64,000 nt of DNA, taken from Octopus bimaculoides (lineage: Eukaryota). The position numbers and the translations under genes are program-made. The notes beneath the pieces were generated by a model. It was not told the origin of the DNA and did no database searches. It worked only from the letters and a program-made list of their open reading frames with translations. Below are positions 11,993 to 22,700 of this stretch, in pieces; position 1 is the stretch's first letter; every line of letters starts with the position of its first letter. The stretch is taken from contig NC_068989.1 of NCBI RefSeq assembly GCF_001194135.2, positions 81,912,049 to 81,976,048 on the forward strand, given 5' to 3'.

Positions 11993-14980
11993 AGAATTCA
12001 CAAAAAAACAACAGACAAAGACAGGTGGTGTAGAAAACAAACAGATTTATTAGTATAACGCTCGGGAATTCAGAATAGTAAACAGTTCAAACAATAGACA
12101 TTTTGAGTTCGGGGTCTAAGAATGGAACAGCCAGGTTTGATGTTGGTAGAAGTTATTAAAGAATATATTACTTACATGAAGAATCACACTCTCAATAATC
12201 CGACATTGATGAGACATGTCAATGGCCATTGCTTGTACGTCTTCATCATGGCGGCGCACTAAAGTTGGACCAAGAACTATGGCCAGGTTTCGGGCACACA
12301 TCTGAAACAGGAATATATACTAGAGATGTATGAGCATATACACATACTTACAACACTTATAGTCACAGCACCAGGATAATGTCTATACTTACAGTCACAC
12401 TAATAGAACAATATAATTAGTTACACCAATACACAATGTCTATACTTAGTCATGCCAATAGACAAGGTCTATATGTACAGTCACACCAACAGGACAATGT
12501 CTATACTTAGAGTCACACCACTTGGAGGATGTCCTTACCTTGTTGATATGGCTGTGGTCAGCTATTTTGCGTAAATGATGCGCCAAATGACGAAATGTTT
12601 CAAAGTGGACATCTGGCAACTGATGAATAACCCTCTTCAATGTCAGCATCCTTTTCTGTGGATTTTCTATCTGGTTAGCATTGATGAAGCTCTGGTATAA
12701 CTCTGTAACAAATGATATAGTGGTATGCATAAGCTGCAGATAATGTAGTGACATACATTAAGATGGTGATGTAATAGAAGCGTACATGATGTACCCTGTG
12801 CTGTGTACAATGTAACTACAGTAGAATGTTATACTGTGAAGGGAAGGCACATGGCTTAGTGGTTAGGGTGTTCAGCTTACAATCACAAGGTTTATTTGAC
12901 ACGTGAGTAGAACTATGTCTGGAAACCTCGTGACATACTTAGATTGTTGAAAAAAAAAATCGATAATAGGGCCCTTCCAATGGATCCTTCTATCTACTAC
13001 ATATTACTAATGTTTTATTTAAAGAACCTAAGGGAAATAACCCATACCACCTACAGATTTTAGTGAAGCGATTAATTTTTGATTCTCATGATCAGCCGAC
13101 CTAATTCTGCATTTCACTACTCACAGTTTTGAACTGCTAAACATTATTATTGTACTTCCTTAATTTGAATCTTAAACATTAAAGACTTCATTCGTACATT
13201 TCTATACACACATACTTTTTTGAATGCTCATTACTCCGATAATTCTGCATTTTTACAGTTACACTTTTTCCATGACAGTAGATAATTTTTTTATTCCACA
13301 ACGTATTTGTAGTGGCTTTATGCAGGCATGGCATGGATTCGATCCTCAATTGCCCAATTTCACTCAACACTTCAACAGCGCTTTTCTCATGGTAAACAAT
13401 AGTTTTTCTGCAAATGACAACAGTTATATATTTCCCAGATGCCTTCACTAAGCAGAATAATGTCTTTGCCTCTCACCAATCTCCGCCAACCTCTCTCACC
13501 AACCTCTGACAATCTTTCTCGCTAACCTCCAAGTACCTCTCTCGCCAACCTCCTCCAGCTGACAGTTTTTGTACTTTTTTGTGACGGTTATAACAAAATT
13601 GCTTTCTTATATCACAGTAATAAGGCGTTTCAATAGAACATCTTTACCACCGGGAATTACTGGGTACACCAGCTAGTATATATATAGTCTAATCTAAAGA
13701 CTCTACAGTTTCCCAAATGTGCAACCAATTTCTAAGACTGCAGTACAAAATAAGGTGAACATAATCTACTGGATGTATGATATTAGACTAAAAGAACAAC
13801 TGGGTATAGGAGTTTGATTTGGTTTTTTTTCTCAAGGGAAGAAACTGTGTTGGTATGGGGTATGTGATGTATGAAAAGAGTAATAGTTCAATAAAGAAGA
13901 AGCAAGTGATTTCAGAAGAAGGAACCTACAGAAAACACATGCATATATAGCAATGCTTACTCACCATTGGTAACTAATGGTTCTGGAAGTTTCTGGAAGA
14001 AAGACTTTAACAAACTACTGATTACATTCACATCTTGCCATTTTTCATTTTCTTGGTTGATGTATTCTAGACCCTGTAGTGAAGAAGAGAGAACAAATAA
14101 CAGTGAGGTGAGGATTTATAGTGAACTTTTACAGAAGCAGACAGGCTCTGTTGGGTACAAGATGGCGTGTCAATAACATTTGCAAAATGAATAATGAATT
14201 CTGTTGTTAAGAAAGGGCCACAATGTTGGATTATAGTAGAAGGTTAAAAGAGGTAGATCAAACAAAAAGGACACAAAAATCTACAAAAACAATGATATAT
14301 CAACATGAACTCAGGTTATGGGGAGAAACCATCACCCAGGGTAATTTGCAGTACTCCCCACAAAACTCAACATGCCAAAGGTAATAATTATAATAATAAT
14401 AGTAATATTTTCCATTATAGGCACAAAGTGAAATTTTGGGGGTAGAGGGTAAGTCCATTACGTCAACTGGTACTTATTTTATCTGAAATGACGAAAGGCA
14501 AAGGTGACTTTGCAGGAATTTGAACTCATAATATAAGGCTGGAAGAAATGCCACAAAGCATTTTGTCAAGCATGCTAACAATTCTCAGAGCTCTCTGCCG
14601 TAATAAAGGATTTAAATTTCAGCACAAGGCCTGCAATTTGGGGGAAGGGGGGTTTTTAATTCAATTACAGCGACTGGTACTTATTTTTATTGACCCTGAA
14701 AGGGTGAAAGGCAAAGTTGACCTCAGAAGAATTTGAACTCAGAATGTAAAGACAGATGAAATGCCACTAAGCATTTTGTCCAGTATACTCTCTTTCTTGT
14801 TTTCAGTCATTTGACTGCGGCCATGCTGGAGCACCGCCTTTAGTCGAAGAAATTAACCCCAGGACTTATTCTTTGTAAGCCTAGTACTTATTCTATCGGT
14901 CTCTTTTGCCAAACCACTAAGTTACGGGGATGTAAACACACCAACATCAGTTGTCAAGCGATGTTGGGGGACAAACAAAG

Positions 14981-15036
<56 letters not shown>

Positions 15037-15485
15037 GACGGGCTTCTTTCAGGAAAGTCTTTCTAAATATCTCCAGAGGAGTATGAACCTACAATTTAGT
15101 GGGTTCACAATTTTTAACCCCTGTTTGGCATTAGAAAGGGCATCCAGCTGTAGAAACTTTGCCAGATCACACTGGAGCCTGGTGCAGCCTTCTGGCTTGC
15201 CAGTCCTCAGTTAAACCGTCCAACCCATGCCAGCATGGAAAGTGGATGTTAGACGACAACGATGTAGCCATTATGCAAGATAATGAGGGATCCTCTATGG
15301 AGTCACTTGAGCTGTTAGAAATAGCAGTCAGCTCTCCCACCATCCTACTCTACCATGTTAAATAAAGAGGCTACATTGAGCAATGTTGTTCCTTATATAT
15401 AACAGGATGGATGGTCATAATTAAAATCCCTTTCATCACAGGTCTCTAAAATCAGGGCTGATCTGGAATTATGTGACAACAATAA

Positions 15486-15531
<46 letters not shown>

Positions 15532-18500
15532 GTAAAAAGTACAAACCTTGTTGAATTCCTCTTGCATGTTAGAAATAACCAACTTGTTGCCAGGAATTCT
15601 GTAAACACCAATAACCTTCAGTCCTCGTGTTTCAACAATACTGGTGCAGAGATCAATAACGAAGGGGATAGACTAGAGGGGAGAGAAAGAGAGAAAAACG
15701 GGGTCAATATTGATGTAATAGAGGACAGCATAGAAAAGAGAGAAAACAAAAAAAGGATTTGGGGAAAGTAAAACTTTATAATTTGAACATTTCTTACCTC
15801 TATTTGGTAACATTTAATAATTTAACCCTTTAGCATTCAGAATAATTACTCAGTCAAATTATAATAGAATACTTTTTTTATTCATATTATTTTGAATTAA
15901 TTATGCATTATCTCATAGCTTTGAGATTTTGATGATGTGATTGTATTTTTTAGAATGATATTGTAGGCTAGATGTGAGAGGCTGGATCTAGCTGGTTGTT
16001 GTTGGCACTCCGTCACTTATGACACAGTGTGACAAAGCTGGCCCTTTAAATTACAGGCACAACAGAAACAGGAAGTAAGAGTGAGAGAAAGTTGCAGTGA
16101 AAGAGTACAGCAGGGTTCGCCACCATCCCCTGCCGGAGACTCATGGAGCATTTTTTAGGTGTTTTCGCTCAATAAACACTCACAACACCCGGTCTGGGAA
16201 TCGAAACCGCGATCTTATGACCGCGAGTCCGCTACCCTAACCACTGGGCCATTACGCCTCCACATCTAGCTGGTATAAACATAAAAAAGCTATAACATAT
16301 TGTCCAGATATGGCCAAGTTAAATGCTAAAAGGTTAAGTTAGAAACGTGATAGTAGTGGTAGTGGGGTGATGGTAGATGATAGAAGTGGCGATGGAGGTA
16401 GTGATTGTGGTGGTGATGATAACAATGGTGGCAGTGGTTGTGGGGATATATTATGAAGGTAATGTGATGTTAGTTTTGTGATGGTGGTCTTGTGATATGA
16501 TTAAAGAAAACATGACTAGAACTCTAAAAACAAGTATCTACTCACTTCCTTATAGGGAGAAGGGGTACACAGCTCAAGATGGACTCCAAAAGAACCAGTT
16601 GCTTCTTCAGGGGCCGGTGGTTGGTTATTTCCCTTGTTTTTAAAACGAATCTTTTCTTTCCAACTTTTTGTCTTTGTACCATCTTCTGGAAAATACAGCA
16701 TCGTGTAGACAGGGGAAACAAGAATTTATTGATAACATTAGCACATGCACAAACTATTTGTAGCTGTTCAATACAAGTATTGAATCTACTCCACAGCAAC
16801 AATAAATTGAACAACCAGATATCATATGGGGGAATGTCCCATAGTATTAGTCTCGAATTTTGGCACAAGATCAGCAACTTGGTGAGAGTGAGGGTAAGTT
16901 GAATACATTGACCACAGTGCTCAACTGGTACTTATTTTATCGACCTCAAAAGGACAAAAGGCGAAACTGACTTTGGTGGAATTTGAACTCAGAACATCAA
17001 GACAAACAAAAAGTCACTAAGCATTTTGCCTGGCACATTAATGATTCCACCAGCTCACCACCTTAATGTCCTGTAAGAGTGAAGACCTAGTTAGAAGAGA
17101 TTTCAAGTAAGATTTCAAATCATTCTAGAAATCTTAAAAGCCTGAAGGAAAACAAAGCTTTTAACCTTTTAACATTCAGATTATTCAATCAAATGAAATG
17201 CTTATTTATTCACATTGATTTGAATTAACCATGCATTATCTCATAGATTTTGATGAGATGATGTGATTGTATATATTTTTAGAATGACATTGTAAAATAG
17301 GTGAGAGAGGCTGGATCTGGTTGGTTTAAACAAAACTGGTAGAATACTTGAGCCAGATATGGCTGATTAAAATGTTAAAGGGTCAAAAGAGTAAACACCA
17401 TCTTTTACTACATTTGGTTTGATTCATTTTGTGTTTGACTGTTGGATACCAGGTTGGTTATGTTTATCAGTGAAGGACAGAACTGAACTAATTAACCTTT
17501 GTTTCATGGAGGATTCATTGTAAAGATAAAGATGTCCTTCAACTGTTGCTGATTGCAACTTATCTCAAATGTTGGTAAATAACAACAATTTAGTTATTGT
17601 TTACACTCAGACCAATCCTAATTTAACTGATCAATGATCAATGTGATTCCAATCATGCCCATCTCACCTATGACAACATTTTCTTTTAAAGTGGTGGGAT
17701 GTGGTGAGTTAAGGTAGATTTGGCTGCTATTTCTAACAGATTGAACTATCACTTAGATGTCCCTTCCTTGGTTTATCAAGTGTTTAATAATACATATATC
17801 CAACTAATTAAGGCAATTTATTTAATCTCTGGACTTGTGCACCCTCAATATTTTAAAAACAGCCCCAAATGCCTGTTTAGCATTCTGTAACTTAAATTAC
17901 AAATTAGGTAATTTTTTTTTTAATATTCTGGAAACTGAAGAATGCAGTAATGAAGAAGGTGATTTAAGATATTATATGGACCAACATGGAGAGACAAACA
18001 GTTACACACACATACTTATATACATTCAACATTTTATATATGTGTGTGTTTGTGTGTTACTATAGAATCTTTGCCAATAAAAACAGATTAAGTAAATTCC
18101 ATAACTCAAGTTACCGATCTTTTTTCTACTGAATTTATTAAGAAGTATGTCTAACTGTAATACACACGTTCTAAATGCCAGCAATACTAACATAAGTCTA
18201 TGTTAATATAAAGCGATAACAGTATACATGTAATTATTTACAATGTTACCCCTCACTGTGTCAACAGTTGTAGATAATCAAGGTTGCCTCAACCATTCAG
18301 CAGTACAGCAACTACCTTTGCACCCCCCCTTCCCCACCACCACCACAACAGCAACAATTGATGAAGGTCAAATTGTTCAGATTACCTTTTGTTTTGGGTT
18401 TGCTCTTTAATATAAACAAACTGTTGGGTGAAAGAAGCAAGGACAAGTGCAACATTCAAAAGAAGGTATTTCTTTTTGGATCAGAATATAGCCTGTATGT

Positions 18501-19654
18501 CAAACAGAAGCTACCTCCATGTTAAATAGTGTCCCTGTCCTTATGTCAACCACAAGGTGCCCCTGTATCAACCACAAAGTGCCTTCTGCCAAATATTGTG
18601 TTTTATGCCAACATAAAGATGTTCTAAATCAGTGGTTCTCAACCTGGGTCCATTGACCTGTGAGGGTCCACATAATGAAATAGTAAATTAGGGATTCAAA
18701 ATGATATTTTAAGGGCCCCTGAAAAAATATTTGCTTTAGATGTATGTATCGGTATGTATTGCAAGAAACAGTTAAGTTTTTCTTTTACTCTGACAGTTTA
18801 CATAATTCAATCTACACAAATTAATGTGTGAAAATCAAAATAGGAATTTTGAAAGTAGTTTCTATAAAACCCGTTTTTAAACATTGAATGGCAATGGGGG
18901 GCCCACCAGAATAAAATAATAGTCAAAGGGGTCCATAAATAAAAAATGGTTGAGAATCCCTGCCCTATCAACCCTATATGGACCATTAGGTGTACCTGTA
19001 TAAAACACAAAGTAACTACATATCAACCCGCCAAGGTACTCCTATATCAAAATCAAAGACCCCTGTATCAGTCACTATGTCAATTTCAAGCTGACTGTGT
19101 CAATACAAAAATGTTCTTATGTCAAAAACAAACTCACCCTCAAGGTTCACCTCCCACCTGTAGAAATTACTCGATACTTGAAAGGACTTACCATTAGTTT
19201 TTCGTCGGCGAGTACTTGGGGAATGTGTCATTTTATGTCGAAAAGACAGCACTTGCAATTTCTTTGAACTTTTCACTGGCATCTGTGGGGAGCTTTTTAT
19301 GTTAGGTATATGGGTGGGTGTTGTTTCCTGTCAAAAACAAAATATTCAATAATTAATTGCAGAAGATTGTTAAGTCATTATAAATTATTTTATATTGATT
19401 GAAGTTTCTGTATGAAGCAGACCAGTCTCCTTTAAGTTTGAGAATTTTTTATTCACTCTCGGAAGAATGCATTCATTATTTCAGCCTGACTGTGTTTGTA
19501 GACAGTTGAAAAGAATACTTTTAACAAAAAAAAACCCAAAATAAATGACAGCATTGTAGTTGCTCGTGGGCCCCTTTAGTTTCCTGGCAACCAATATTTT
19601 TAGACCCAGTCCGCCACTGCATATATGTATATATTATAGATATGTAAGTGTGTA

Positions 19655-19706
<52 letters not shown>

Positions 19707-22700
19707 TACATATAGGGACAAAGAGAGAGACGTTTAGTTATATATGATGTGTAACACAATGAAATCTGCGTATCCTTTGATACAAGGTAATGATTAACTT
19801 GAAAAGCTGTGTACTTACATAATCTATTTCACTATCACTAGAGGATCTGAGGGCCTGAATCCAGGACCACATTGTGTCATTGTCCTCAGCCTGAAAGAGA
19901 AACTCTGACGCATGATTGTTGGTGGTCAGACGAAATACATTCTTCTTCTTGGTGTAATCTGTGGCCACCTCCACTGAAGAAGACTTTATAGACACAGGCT
20001 GATCAAACTCAGAGATCTGCAGAAAAATAAAAAAGACACAGGATGATCAATATTTGAAAGCTTCAGCTGAAAATTAAATAGAAAATCACTTAATATTTAA
20101 AGAAATATTTTGATTGTCTTTGGGAGATTGAGTTCTAGAAAAATTTCATTGTTTCAAAGGATTACCAATAGATTAGCACATATAAAAGTTATTTACAGTC
20201 CTCAAGAGAATTATCTTCAATTGTTATCTCATATAATCTGTGACTATGGACTGGTCCCTTACTGTGAGTGAACATGATTCGGAAACAACCATGCAAAATT
20301 ACATAAACAACATTGCATTTTCAAAGAGACAATATTTCTATGAATTAATGGCTAAAATTTGTTGTTCAGCAATGTTAGCTGGGCTGCCCTCTTATGTAAG
20401 TTGTAAATAAACTTTGAAATTTCGTTGATGTCATAAGAATTTCTATAAACTCCAAGAGAATATGAAATGATTCACTTTTGGAATGTTAGATCTTGAAGCA
20501 GTTAAGCTATAAATAATAGCATATAAGTGATGGGTTAAAAATCCCTATACATGCTATAATTTATAGCTTATTTCTTTCAAAATCCAACATTTCAAAAAAG
20601 AACCTTTGAAACATAAAATAACACACTCTGCTTTGAGATGTGTGGGGCAGTTTTTGATTTGCAGACACCTTAGCTGTAAGACAAGGAATACCTGTATGTA
20701 TGCATGTACATACATATCTACATATGTATGTGTGTATGTGTGTGTGCGTGTGTGTGTGTGTCTGTGTGTGTATATAATATGTGTAGTCTCATAAGTTAAC
20801 CGATTGGTTCTCTTCTCTATTTGAAGTTGATATTTGTAATATTAGTAATGATGGTTTTAATTTAAATTATAAGTTTAATTATGCTTTAACCATAAATATT
20901 AGGATACAATGAAAAGTTAGTTGATGTTTTACATAATGTCTACTTTGAATAATCTCTCTATTTTCTAATAAACAAAAATATTACACCCAAACTTATCTCT
21001 CGCTACATAGGGTGGGAGACTCTAGAAAGCTACCAGGTTTTCTTTACACCATACACCAAACAGAAACCAAGATGTAAAAGTCAATCGAAAGAGAATTATT
21101 CTTAGTCAAATACTTATTCTTTTGAATAAGAAACCATTATCTTTGATATGTAAGGAAAAAGCTTTAGCTTTAGAGACCAAACAGCTTAATGGCCTGGTGT
21201 GTCACAAATATTGTATTATAGAAATGAAGGACTTTGGTGGTGTTCTGTGAAATTAGTGATATGAGAGGTCAGAGATGAAAGAAAAACTCACAACTGAATT
21301 ATTGTCCTTGCGTTTGTCAGTGAGATAGAGTTCTTGGCCTTTCAGCAGCACCAAACATGGTTTCCAGGAGCGATCACTAGACCTCTGTAGAGAGACAGAG
21401 AGAGATAAGTAGGTAGAGATAGATGTAGCTAGATAGAGAAGCAGATATAGATAGATAGATAGATAGATAGATGGATAGATAGATAGATGGATAGATAGAT
21501 AGATAGAAACATATAGATAGATAAATAGTCAGACAGACAAATAAATAGATAGATATACATAGATACATATACATAAAAAGAGATAAATAGACACAGATAA
21601 ACAAAGAGACAGAGATAGAAAGATAACATCCAGTACTATTGTTTTCTTAGTTATATATCATTATCGCACATGCACATGTAAATATAAACACACATAGACC
21701 CATATGTTGATTTAGAGGTAAAGATACACATATCCACACACACACAGTCTCCTCCACAAATATAAACACACATGTAACTAATCCTTTTTAACAGTTGGGT
21801 GCACACCCACATACATAAATACAAATAATAACACAAATATATGTGCACACGCAGCTAAGATAATAGCTTTATTTAGCAAGAAAGAAGACAGACAGCTACT
21901 GCCATCTGGGAAATACTCATTCTTGATATGCATAAAAAGAATAAGTAGGAACTCTACACTGTGTTCTCAGTGTGGGCAGAAAAGCTATAGGAGGGTCATG
22001 GGCAGACTGACAGAGAAGAGGGACTTTGTATGTAGCAGATACTGCATAGGAGTAATTAACAGTTAAAATAACATGGAATAAATTACTTTAACGACCCTGG
22101 GAGTCTAAATAGAAGATAATTTTTTTTACTTTGATGACTATCAACAATGAAAGTGAGCATTCCAAAATCATTGTGAGAACATCCTCATCATTATTATCAT
22201 CATATAATTGTTTAACATTGGTTTTCCATGCTGGTATGGGTTGGATGACTTGACAGGAGTTGGCCAGCTGAGGAGCTGTCCAGACTCCAGTTGTCTGTTT
22301 TGGCATAGTTTCTACAGCTGGATGCCCTTCCTAACACCAACCACTTTGCAGAGAGTGCTGGGTGATTTTTTATGTGCCACTGGCATGGGTGCAATGACAC
22401 AGCACCGGCATGAATGCATAAACATGTGGCACTGGCACAAGTGCATTTTATGTGTGGAAAAATTTCATGCAGCTGCTAACAAAAGGGATTCTTTGTATAA
22501 TCGAAGAAAACTTTGGTTGTGGTGGATATGCAAAGGCTGACATGCTTTACTAAATATATTATGTTAATGTGCATGAATGGAAAAGGGCAGGTAATCTAAA
22601 AACACTTGCAACAATTATGTGCAGGTAAAGATGACTGACCCTGAACCTTTTGTATAAATTTGTCTGCTTTTTAGGATTACCTGACCCATGTTTGACTGCC

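Noticed and set aside
16190-16263. tRNA-like sequence with A and B boxes
   Set aside because: It is the head of a SINE with body, (AAC)n tail and TSD, not a stand-alone tRNA gene.
22040-22120. Acceptor-like site (ctatttag|ACTCCCAGGG) between PH exons
   Set aside because: No matching donor, and exons 23299 and 21384 already join into a continuous PH domain.
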